From NCBI RefSeq assembly GCF_017643585.1, contig NZ_JAEPND010000001.1: a DNA stretch of 64,000 bases; one strand, 5' to 3'. The notes beneath the pieces are model-generated. The model searched no databases, was not told where the DNA came from, and saw only the letters and a program-made list of their open reading frames with translations. Positions 39,773 to 47,881 of the stretch are shown in pieces (within the stretch, counting starts at the first letter, position 1; each line of letters begins with the position of its first letter). A program made the translations under genes and the position numbers. The stretch comes from Maricaulis sp. GTDB lineage: Bacteria; Pseudomonadota; Alphaproteobacteria; Caulobacterales; Maricaulaceae.

Positions 39773-41284
39773 ATGTCCCCCAATCGTCGCGACACGCTGA
39801 AACTCATGATGGCTGGCCCCTGCATGGCGGGTGTGAGCTCGCCCCTTTTCGCCCAGTCAATCGACCCGGTTTATGCCGCCTACGAAGCCGCCAGCGCCCA
39901 CGACCCCTGGACCTTGATCACCCGGGACGCGCCCGCAGAGGGTTTTGACAGCGCGGCGCGTCGCCTGCACGGATCGCTGCCTGACGGCCTCCGCGGCACC
40001 CTGTTTCGCAATGGCCCGGGACGCTTCAGCCGACAGGAGTGGCGCTATCGCCACTGGTTCGATGGCGACGGGTTCATCCAGTCCTGGACCATTGGGGACG
40101 AGGGCGTTCGACATCGTGGCCGCTTTGTCCAGACAGACAAATGGCGCAATGAAGAGGCTGCGGGCCGCTTCCTGGTACCGGCGCTGGGGTCTGTGCCTCC
40201 CAATCCCGGCGGGCTGACTGGTCCTGACGACATGAATGTCGCCAACACGTCGGTGATGATGCTGGGCGATGAGCTTCTGGCCTTGTGGGAAGGTGGCTCT
40301 GCCTGGTCGCTCGACCCGGACACGCTCGCCAGCAATGGTGCCCGCCGTTGGGGCCAGGGCCTGGACGGCGTCCCCTTCTCGGCTCACCCCAAACGCGAAC
40401 CAGGGATCGGCATTGTCTGGAATTTCGGCCAGGACGCGATGAATGACCGCATCATTCTCTGGAAGATCTCTCCCGAAGGCGAATTGCTTCAGGCCGGACT
40501 GGTTCCGGGTATTCCGGGCGGCATGATCCATGATTTCGTCATCACAGAACGCTCACTCGTCTTCCTGGTCGGCAGTTTTCGCTTCGACCAGATGCGCCTG
40601 CCTTTCATCGACAGCTTCAGCTTCCGTCCGGATGTGCCGATGATTGCCATCGCCATCGACAAAAACGACTGGACGCAAAAACGGGTCTGGGAAATGGAGC
40701 CGGGCTTCCTCTTTCACTTCGGCGGCGCCTGGGAAGATGCGGACGGCACTATTCGCCTCGACGCGGCGCTGTCACAGGATGCCCGTTTCGCCGATGGCGG
40801 CGCCTATGCGGTCATGCGCGGCGAACCGGTCGCGGAAAGCGACAGCCAGACGCGCCATAGCCTTGTCACGCTGCGCAATGGTCGCGCCCCGGACGTTCAG
40901 GTGTTCAGCACTGACTTCGCCGAATTCCCGCAGGTCGACATGCGCTTCACCGGGCGTCAACGCAACCGGACCTGGACGATCGCCTGGCGCCCCGAGCAGA
41001 TCCGCAGCGCGACGCGCATCGAGAGCCGGGACCTGCACACCGGCCAACTCGACAGTTTCGACCATGGCGATGGCATTTATGTCGAGGAGCCTCTCTTCAT
41101 CCCGGCTCCCGACAGCCGCAATGAAGGTGAGGGGTGGATCATCCATACCGCACTGAACACGCATGAGCGGCGCACGGAGCTGCATGCGTTCAATGCGCTC
41201 AAACTGTCCGATGGTCCGGTTGTGTCCTGGCAACTCGACCACGCCGCACCGTTTGGCTTCCACGGCTGCTGGCGCCAGGCTTAG
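39773..41284 (+). CDS. carotenoid/apocarotenoid cleavage oxygenase family protein, Tat-exported
   Basis: Twin-arginine signal SPNRRDTLKLMMAG...FAQ and four His-ligand contexts (SAHPK, MIHDF, LFHFGGAW, FGFHGCW). ATG 39773 follows AGGAGG. Confidence 0.8.
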   Translation: MSPNRRDTLKLMMAGPCMAGVSSPLFAQSIDPVYAAYEAASAHDPWTLITRDAPAEGFDSAARRLHGSLPDGLRGTLFRNGPGRFSRQEWRYRHWFDGDGFIQSWTIGDEGVRHRGRFVQTDKWRNEEAAGRFLVPALGSVPPNPGGLTGPDDMNVANTSVMMLGDELLALWEGGSAWSLDPDTLASNGARRWGQGLDGVPFSAHPKREPGIGIVWNFGQDAMNDRIILWKISPEGELLQAGLVPGIPGGMIHDFVITERSLVFLVGSFRFDQMRLPFIDSFSFRPDVPMIAIAIDKNDWTQKRVWEMEPGFLFHFGGAWEDADGTIRLDAALSQDARFADGGAYAVMRGEPVAESDSQTRHSLVTLRNGRAPDVQVFSTDFAEFPQVDMRFTGRQRNRTWTIAWRPEQIRSATRIESRDLHTGQLDSFDHGDGIYVEEPLFIPAPDSRNEGEGWIIHTALNTHERRTELHAFNALKLSDGPVVSWQLDHAAPFGFHGCWRQA

Positions 41285-41296
41285 GGAGTTCTCAAC

Positions 41297-41689
41297 ATGG
41301 ATCTTCACGTCTTCCTCGCCGCGCCCCTGGTGATCCAGGTTCATGCGCTCGCAGCCCTGTCTGCTCTGGTCATCGGCGTGGTGCAGTTCGTGGGCCCCAA
41401 GGGCAGCTTGCCCCACCGGACGCTGGGCACCGCCTTTGTCTTGCTGATGGTGGTGACGGCCACAACGGCCATCTTCATCCGCCAAATCAATGATGGCAGT
41501 TTTTCTCCAATCCATCTGTTCGTACCTTTGACCTTTGCCGGTCTGTACGGGCTGGTCCGCCACGCCCGGGCGGGGCGCGGAGGCAAACACGGAAAGGACG
41601 CAAAGGGGCTTCTGTTCGGCGCTTTGCTCATCCCCGGCATCCTGGCCTTCATTCCCGGTCGCTTGATGTGGGCCGTGATCGCCGGTTGA
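41297..41689 (+). CDS. DUF2306-like small membrane protein
   Basis: 130 aa, 4 TM helices. APLVIQVHALAALSALVIGVVQF...KGSLPHRTLG and FIPGRLMW match my recollection of DUF2306. Confidence 0.55.
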   Translation: MDLHVFLAAPLVIQVHALAALSALVIGVVQFVGPKGSLPHRTLGTAFVLLMVVTATTAIFIRQINDGSFSPIHLFVPLTFAGLYGLVRHARAGRGGKHGKDAKGLLFGALLIPGILAFIPGRLMWAVIAG

Positions 41690-41738
41690 TCTCATCCCCC
41701 GGAGGTTGCAAGTTTCAGGCAATCGCCCGGGGGATTTC

Positions 41739-42602
41739 ATGACGCGTTTTCTTTGCCTGCTCGCTCTTTTGTACACATCGGCTGCCGCACACGCCCAGGC
41801 CCCGCGGGACGTGTTGCTGAACATCTGCAATGACACCCGCTTCACAGTCGCTTCGGCAGCGGCCTACCGCACCTCTCCACAGTCGGGACAGACCTTGCGC
41901 GCCTGGTTCCTCATCCAGCCCGGCGAGTGCCTGAATGGCGCCCTGAGCGGCGTGGCCGGAGAAACCCTCGACCTGCACGTTATGTCAGGGAGTTTCCGGT
42001 GGCCGGCAGCAGATGGCGACAGCGCATTCTGTGTTCCGGCAGCGGGTGGGCTGCAGTACGCGTCCTTCCCACCCTGCGGGGGCGGGCAGGAAGCCCGGGA
42101 TTTTCGCACCCAGAGGATTGAACGCTCCAATCGGCGCGGATCAGGGGGCCGCTATCTCGGCCGGGTGTCGTGGCGCATTTCCTGTAGTGACCTCAGCGCC
42201 CAGGACGCTGCACTGTGCCTGCAAGCCCCGCGGGATGAACGTGGTCTCGCCCAGCTCGCTCGCACACTCGAAGTCTGCAACACCGGGGGCCGAAGTGTAG
42301 AGGTCCTGGCCCTGATCCCGCGCCCGGACGACACCTATGAGACTGGTGAACCTCAATCTCTGCCCGCCGGAACCTGCGCGCCGATCTATCGGGGTTTCCC
42401 GCCGGACAGCCAGGTCTTAGCGGCCGCGACTCTCACGCAGAGACGGGGTGGTTTTGAACCCTTGTGCTGGTTCACCGACGGCAATGCGGTGATCAACTCG
42501 ACAGATGGAAGCTGCCCGGAAAATGCACGACCGCTTGCGGCCCAACTGGCGGCCTACGGTCCCTTCACCGACAGCTATACAGTCTATTTCGAAGCCTATT
42601 GA
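41739..42602 (+). CDS. secreted Cys-containing protein with two DUF1036-like repeats
   Basis: Signal peptide ending AHA-QA. Repeats LLNICNDTRFTVASAAAY...FLIQPGECL and LEVCNTGGRSVEVLALI...LPAGTCAPIY. Confidence 0.4.
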   Translation: MTRFLCLLALLYTSAAAHAQAPRDVLLNICNDTRFTVASAAAYRTSPQSGQTLRAWFLIQPGECLNGALSGVAGETLDLHVMSGSFRWPAADGDSAFCVPAAGGLQYASFPPCGGGQEARDFRTQRIERSNRRGSGGRYLGRVSWRISCSDLSAQDAALCLQAPRDERGLAQLARTLEVCNTGGRSVEVLALIPRPDDTYETGEPQSLPAGTCAPIYRGFPPDSQVLAAATLTQRRGGFEPLCWFTDGNAVINSTDGSCPENARPLAAQLAAYGPFTDSYTVYFEAY

Positions 42603-42688
42603 AGGCATTTACTGTCCACGATTTAAGTAGGCAGGTCAGTACCGCCCGCTATTCTTCTCCCGAGTGCGGCATCATATGGGGGAAGTCC

Positions 42689-43408
42689 ATGTTCAGTAGT
42701 CTTCTGTCCGCCTGTGCGGCATTCATCTGGTTCTCATCAGCTCACGCGCAAGAGGTCGACTATCTCGACCGTATCGACCGGGAACGCCTGGCCAGTGGTG
42801 AGATTCATCTTGGCTTGTTTCTCAACGGCCAACGCGATGGTTCCTTCCATCTTGGCTGGCAGCTTGACGGCGATGACATCCACGCCTTTGACCGCTCAAT
42901 GCTGGCGTCGCAGGAAATCTACGAGACAATGGATGTGCGGCTTGCGGCAAACGATCTGAGCCCGCGCTCTGCTGACATACGCTTCCATGCCGGCCTCGAT
43001 ATTTTCGAGTTCGACGTAGACTTCGAACCGAATTCGGTCAGCAATACGATCACGACCACCCGGCCTCGTGGCGAGGACAGCACCCAGACGCTGAGTGCAC
43101 CGCTGCCGGACGGTACGCTGGCGCGCGTGACCGCCTTCATCCTGCCAGCGATCATGCACCTGGAGGTCGGCGAGAGCATGCGCTTTGACTGGTATGCGCT
43201 GCTCTCGCACGGCGTGGCCCAAATCACCCTGTCCGCTGTCGAACGCGTCGAGATCGAGACCCCGGCAGGGCCCTTTACGACCACGCGCATCGAATTGCGC
43301 GGCGGCGCACCGGAAAACGATATCTTCGTGGACACGGAAAGCGGTGATATCGTGCGTATCGACGTGCTTGGCCAGGACATGTCCTTTCTGAAGCTTGCTG
43401 ACGACTAG
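42689..43408 (+). CDS. secreted hypothetical protein
   Basis: ATG 42689 after GGGGGAAG, signal peptide ending SAHA-QE, beta-rich composition, no motif recognised. Confidence 0.45.
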   Translation: MFSSLLSACAAFIWFSSAHAQEVDYLDRIDRERLASGEIHLGLFLNGQRDGSFHLGWQLDGDDIHAFDRSMLASQEIYETMDVRLAANDLSPRSADIRFHAGLDIFEFDVDFEPNSVSNTITTTRPRGEDSTQTLSAPLPDGTLARVTAFILPAIMHLEVGESMRFDWYALLSHGVAQITLSAVERVEIETPAGPFTTTRIELRGGAPENDIFVDTESGDIVRIDVLGQDMSFLKLADD

Positions 43409-43471
43409 CGTTCCAACATCTACCTGTCATAGAAACGTTCTAAGCCCGGTCGCGAACACAGGGAGAATTTC

Positions 43472-44614
43472 ATGCGCGCCTATCTGATTGCAGCATCCAC
43501 GCTTGCCGTTGCTGCCTGCCAACAAGACCAACACGTTGCGCCGACCAATGTTGTCGATGCCTTGACCCCGTATTACGCGCAGCTGGAAGTCGAACGACCC
43601 CAAGCGCCAGTCGGGGCTGGCGAGCCGACAGCGGACGCGTTGCTGGAAACCGTGTTCTTCGGCTCCTGCCATAGCGGCGACCGCCCGCTCGGCATTCTTG
43701 ATACGATCTCCGCTCAGCAGGGCGACCTGTTCATCTATACGGGCGACAACGTCTATGGCGATGCCTATTCGTGGGATGCCACCCTGCCGGAATTACGCGA
43801 AGCCTACGCAACGCTCGCGGCCGCTGAGCCCTTCCAGAATCTGCGCCAGTCCACCCCGATGCTCGCGACATGGGATGACCACGATTACGGAATGAATGAT
43901 TTTGGTCGCGAATTTCCGTTCAAGGGCTTTGCCGAAGAGCTGTTTCTGGAATTCTGGGGCGTTTCTGATGATGATGAGCGCCGCTCTCGACCTGGGATCT
44001 ACACCAGTCGGACCTATGGTCCGGACGGACAGCGTGTACAGGTGATCCTGCTGGACACGCGTTACTTCCGCGGCGCCCTGGCCCGGACACCTGAACGCAA
44101 CGCGGTGGGCATGGAGCGCTACGTTCCGACGGAGGACACCCGGGTATCCATGCTGGGTGAAGACCAGTGGGCCTGGCTTGCCGAGGTTTTGCAGGAACCC
44201 GCAGACCTACGCCTGGTCATCTCATCAATCCAGGTCCTTGCCGACGGTCATGGCTGGGAGGCCTGGCGCACCATGCCGCACGAACGACAGCGTTTCTATG
44301 ACACGATTACCGAGTCTGGCGCTGAAGGCGTGGTATTGGTGTCCGGCGATCGGCATTCCGCTGGTCTCTATGTGCGTGAAGACGTGATCGATTATCCGTT
44401 GTACGAGATCACATCATCTGCCCTGAACATGTCCTATCGCGACGAGAATAATGAGCCCGGCCCCAACCGGATCGGCGATATGTACGCGCCCGCCAATTTT
44501 GGCGCCATCTCGGTCGACTGGGACAATCGGAGCCTGTCCCTGGAAATCCGTGATGATGCAGGGCAGACCGTGCGCCAGCAGCGCGTCGAACTGGACGACC
44601 TCACGCGCAACTGA
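43472..44614 (+). CDS. PhoD-like alkaline phosphatase / metallophosphoesterase lipoprotein
   Basis: Lipobox LAVAAC, and metallophosphatase motifs YTGDNVYGD, TWDDHDYGMND and VLVSGDRH. Confidence 0.7.
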   Translation: MRAYLIAASTLAVAACQQDQHVAPTNVVDALTPYYAQLEVERPQAPVGAGEPTADALLETVFFGSCHSGDRPLGILDTISAQQGDLFIYTGDNVYGDAYSWDATLPELREAYATLAAAEPFQNLRQSTPMLATWDDHDYGMNDFGREFPFKGFAEELFLEFWGVSDDDERRSRPGIYTSRTYGPDGQRVQVILLDTRYFRGALARTPERNAVGMERYVPTEDTRVSMLGEDQWAWLAEVLQEPADLRLVISSIQVLADGHGWEAWRTMPHERQRFYDTITESGAEGVVLVSGDRHSAGLYVREDVIDYPLYEITSSALNMSYRDENNEPGPNRIGDMYAPANFGAISVDWDNRSLSLEIRDDAGQTVRQQRVELDDLTRN

Positions 44615-44761
44615 CGCGAGGCTGACATTCGATAACGCGATGGTGACGCAGCGTCGGGGGGACGTTACTGGAATTTTATCTTCTGCACAGCGTAATAGAT
44701 CGGTGTCAGGTCGGGCTCTCCTGTCCCCCCGCTCGACCTCTCAACAAGGAGACACTGAGAG

Positions 44762-45049
44762 ATGAAAACCGAAACCAAACTCGCTGCCGTCGCGTCGACC
44801 GCCCTGGCCCTCTCCCTCGCATCGGCCGCTGCCCATGCAGCCACCACGTCTGCCGAGGAAATGGAACAGTGCTACGGCGTTTCACTGGCCGGCGAAAACG
44901 ACTGTGCTGCGGGTCCGGGTACGTCCTGCGCGGGCACCTCGACCGTCGATTATCAGGGCAATGCCTGGACTTATGTTCCGGAAGGCACCTGCGAAAGCAT
45001 CCAGACCCCGTACGGCACAGGCTCCCTCGAGCCAGTTGAACGTCCGTAA
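44762..45049 (+). CDS. bufA1: DUF2282 / BufA1-type bufferin precursor peptide (secreted 4-Cys RiPP)
   Basis: 95 aa. Sec signal peptide ending AAAHA, then [26 protein letters not shown]...[10 protein letters not shown] with Cys at residues 37, 48, 56 and 77. Immediately upstream of a DUF692 gene. Confidence 0.85.
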   Translation: MKTETKLAAVASTALALSLASAAAHAATTSAEEMEQCYGVSLAGENDCAAGPGTSCAGTSTVDYQGNAWTYVPEGTCESIQTPYGTGSLEPVERP

Positions 45050-45059
45050 AGTGTCTCAG

Positions 45060-45090
45060 CCCTGGCGCGCATCCCCCCATCGCGCCAGGG
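45060..45090 (+). promoter_or_regulatory. strong intercistronic hairpin between precursor and maturase genes
   Basis: Perfect 10-bp GC-rich stem CCCTGGCGCG (45060-45069) / CGCGCCAGGG (45081-45090) with an 11-nt loop and no U-tract, inside the 51-nt bufA-bufB spacer. Confidence 0.5.
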
Positions 45091-45100
45091 TCCCTGCCTG

Positions 45101-45952
45101 ATGCAAAGACTCCCCGACACCGCCGGACTGGGCCTCAAGCCCGAGCATTTCAGGCAAGCCCTGGACTGTGCCAAGGACGGTATCTGGTTTGAAGTGCATC
45201 CTGAAAACTACATGGCCGAAGGCGGCCCGCGATTGCAGTGGCTGGACGCATTTGCGGAGCGCTTCCCGCTTTCCCTGCACGGCGTTGGCCTGTCACTGGG
45301 TGGCCTCGAGCCGCCCGACCGCGAACATCTGAAGCGCTGGAAACAGCTGATCACGCGCTACCGGCCTGACGCGATTTCCGAACACCTCGCCTGGACGAGC
45401 CATCAGGGCACGCACTTCAACGACCTGCTGCCCGTGCCGGCAACCCAGGCGGCCCTTGATCGCTTTGTTGAGCATGTGACCATCATGCAGGACACGCTGG
45501 ATCGGCAGGTTCTGATTGAAAACCCGTCGGTTTACGTGGCTCTCAAGTCAGACATGACCGAAATCGACTTCCTGCGAGAAACCGTTGCCAGAACCGGATG
45601 CGGCTTGTTGCTGGACGTCAATAATGTCCATGTCAGCTGCCACAATCTGGGGCTCGATCCGATCGCCTATCTGGATGCAGTGCCCCATGACGCAGTGGGC
45701 GAAATTCATATTGCCGGCCATGAAGAAGACGCTGCACTGGGGGGCGAACTGCTGATCGACACCCATGGCGCGCCGATCGTCGAGACGGTCTGGTCATTGC
45801 TCGATTATGCCCTGGCGCTGACCGGGCCCCGACCTGTTCTGATCGAACGTGATACCAATATCCCCGCCTTTGACGATTTGCTCGACGATCGACGGCGCGC
45901 GCAGACCTGTATTGATGCTGCGCCAGCCCGGAGGGCCGCTCATGTCTGCTGA
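45101..45952 (+). CDS. bufB: DUF692 / MNIO-family (MbnB-like) RiPP maturase
   Basis: GLGLKPEHF, WFEVHPENYM, PLSLHGVGLSLG, ISEHLAW, LIENPSVY, LLLDVNNVHVS and HIAGH are the DUF692 TIM-barrel blocks. Confidence 0.9.
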   Translation: MQRLPDTAGLGLKPEHFRQALDCAKDGIWFEVHPENYMAEGGPRLQWLDAFAERFPLSLHGVGLSLGGLEPPDREHLKRWKQLITRYRPDAISEHLAWTSHQGTHFNDLLPVPATQAALDRFVEHVTIMQDTLDRQVLIENPSVYVALKSDMTEIDFLRETVARTGCGLLLDVNNVHVSCHNLGLDPIAYLDAVPHDAVGEIHIAGHEEDAALGGELLIDTHGAPIVETVWSLLDYALALTGPRPVLIERDTNIPAFDDLLDDRRRAQTCIDAAPARRAAHVC

Positions 45953-46697
45953 ATTCAACCAGGCGTTCGCAGACACACTTCTGGGACGCGACGACCGGAA
46001 TCTACTGGCGCACCTCGCCAACCCTGATCACGCCCGGCGTCTCAACGTCTATCGCAACAATGTGACCCGAGCCGCCATCGAGGCATTGCGCGCGGCTTAC
46101 CCGGCCGTGAACCGGATAGCCGGCGCCAACTTCTTTTCACCCATGGCGCGGCAATACTGGCTCAACCATCCGCCATCCAGCGCGTCCCTGACGCTGTACG
46201 GGCACGATTTCGCGGGTCATGTGGCCCGGTACGATCCGGCGCGCGCCCTGCCCTATCTTCCTGCAATTGCCCAACTCGACCGGGCCTGGCTGGAAGCACA
46301 TCATTCAGCAAATGATCCTGTCCTGACCGCGACCGACATCGCCAGCTTCGAACCTGAAAGCTTGCCGTCCCTCGCCCCGGGCCTGTCCGCCAGCGTTCGT
46401 CTGGTCCAGCTGGATGTCGCCGTGCACGCCGTCTGGCAGGCCAATCGCCAGGCTGAACCTGACCCGCAACCGCGGATCGAGCCTGGCCCTCAATCAGTCC
46501 TGGTCTGGCGCCACCAGGGCGTTGTGCAATCCATGCCGCTCCCGCCCCAGCACTTTGCCTTTCTGGACCAGCTTGAACGCGGAGCCTCTTTGCAGGCCGC
46601 CATTGAAGCAGCCACCATCCCTGATCCCGCCGCCATTGATCCGGCGCAGTTTTTCTCCCACGGTCTCAGCCACGGCGTATTTGCCGCGAGCCGCTAA
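45942..46697 (+). CDS. bufC: DUF2063 partner protein of the MNIO enzyme (BufC-like)
   Basis: RLNVYRNNVTRAAIEALRAAYPAVNRIAGANFF is the DUF2063 N-terminal signature. ATG 45942 overlaps bufB by 11 nt. Confidence 0.8.
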   Translation: MSAEFNQAFADTLLGRDDRNLLAHLANPDHARRLNVYRNNVTRAAIEALRAAYPAVNRIAGANFFSPMARQYWLNHPPSSASLTLYGHDFAGHVARYDPARALPYLPAIAQLDRAWLEAHHSANDPVLTATDIASFEPESLPSLAPGLSASVRLVQLDVAVHAVWQANRQAEPDPQPRIEPGPQSVLVWRHQGVVQSMPLPPQHFAFLDQLERGASLQAAIEAATIPDPAAIDPAQFFSHGLSHGVFAASR

Positions 46698-46712
46698 GAA
46701 GAAAGCCACATC

Positions 46713-47252
46713 ATGTCTTCATTCCTTGTCCGGGCTCACGGCCTTTATGTCAGCGTTTTCAACGCGGTTGAAAAAACCCTGGGAGGCGACCTGCTGGCCC
46801 TGCTGGCGCGCTTCACCCTGGCCGGAGTGTTCTGGCGCTCGCTCCTGACCAAGGTCGAAACGGTCAAGCTTTTCAAATACACCGAGTACATCAATGACTT
46901 CCCGGTCGAGCGCGCGCATGTCCGCCTGCCCGCCTTCCCCCTCGAGATCCGCCCCGCCACCTATCATCAGTTCAACGGGGATTTTGCCTTGCCGCTGCTG
47001 TCGGGCGAGTTCGCAGCGCTGCTGGCGACATTGGGAGAGTTCATCCTGCCGCTCTTGCTGGTGTTTGGCGTTTTGACCCGTTTCGCCGCTGCGGCACTGC
47101 TGGTGATGACGCTGGTCATCCAGATTTTCGTTTATCCCGAAGCCTGGTGGGGCACACATGCCCTGTGGGCCGTGATGTGTCTCTATCTCATGTCCAAAGG
47201 GCCGGGACGCCTGTCTTTCGACCACATGCTGAGAAATAGATTCGCCTCATAG
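46713..47252 (+). CDS. DoxX-family membrane protein (fourth gene of bufferin operons)
   Basis: 4 TM helices, LARFTLAGVFWRS and a C-terminal KGPGRLSFDHML (GxGxxSxD) DoxX signature. Confidence 0.8.
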   Translation: MSSFLVRAHGLYVSVFNAVEKTLGGDLLALLARFTLAGVFWRSLLTKVETVKLFKYTEYINDFPVERAHVRLPAFPLEIRPATYHQFNGDFALPLLSGEFAALLATLGEFILPLLLVFGVLTRFAAAALLVMTLVIQIFVYPEAWWGTHALWAVMCLYLMSKGPGRLSFDHMLRNRFAS

Positions 47253-47312
47253 GCTTAAGCGGTTGCGCCTTACCGCCCGAGGCGCCATTTTGTTCCCTGC
47301 GGATGGGGATCC

Positions 47313-47320
47313 GGGGGGGG
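47313..47320 (+). repeat. G8 homopolymer in the SD position of the second DoxX-like gene
   Basis: CCGGGGGGGGTAATGATG: eight consecutive G at 47313-47320, 2 nt upstream of ATG 47323. Confidence 0.9.
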
Positions 47321-47322
47321 TA

Positions 47323-47772
47323 ATGATGAACAAGGTCTCGGTCGTGAAGACCCAGATTGCAAGCAAACCTGAGCGTTTCATGCCGGACTGGGTTCTGGGA
47401 CTGATCGTCCGCCTGTCTGTTGTTCCGGGTCTGTGGAGCTGGGGTCGCGCCAATGCCGGTGATGACTGGCTGGACGTGTCTCCAGAGATCATCTCCGCTG
47501 TTGGATACTGGCAGATCCCGCTGCTTCCGGACGCCCTGATCGCCCAGATCGCAGTCTGGGGCGCACACCTGACAGCCTTGACCCTTTTGCTCGGATTTCT
47601 CAGCCGGATTGTCGGCTTCGTTCTGGTGCTGGCTGGCGGGGTTTACATCTTCTGGGTCGCACCGGGCGCCTGGCAATCCGCAATCGTGTTCGAGGCGGTC
47701 GCCTTCTATCTCTTTGCCCGCGGCAGCGGCGCACTCTCGATCGACGGTGCCCTGGCGGCAACCGCTCGCTAG
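47323..47772 (+). CDS. second DoxX-like membrane protein
   Basis: 149 aa, 4 TM helices, C-terminal RGSGALSIDGAL (GxGxxSxD). Co-directional, 70 nt after the first DoxX gene. Confidence 0.55.
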   Translation: MMNKVSVVKTQIASKPERFMPDWVLGLIVRLSVVPGLWSWGRANAGDDWLDVSPEIISAVGYWQIPLLPDALIAQIAVWGAHLTALTLLLGFLSRIVGFVLVLAGGVYIFWVAPGAWQSAIVFEAVAFYLFARGSGALSIDGALAATAR

Positions 47773-47881
47773 ACAGCGACCAGCGACCGCGCAATCGCGT
47801 TTGCGAATTACTGTTTCTCAACCAATGCCGTTAAAGGCTATGAATTAGCCCCTCGCGCAAGGTCAGGAGAGCGTCGGCCGC

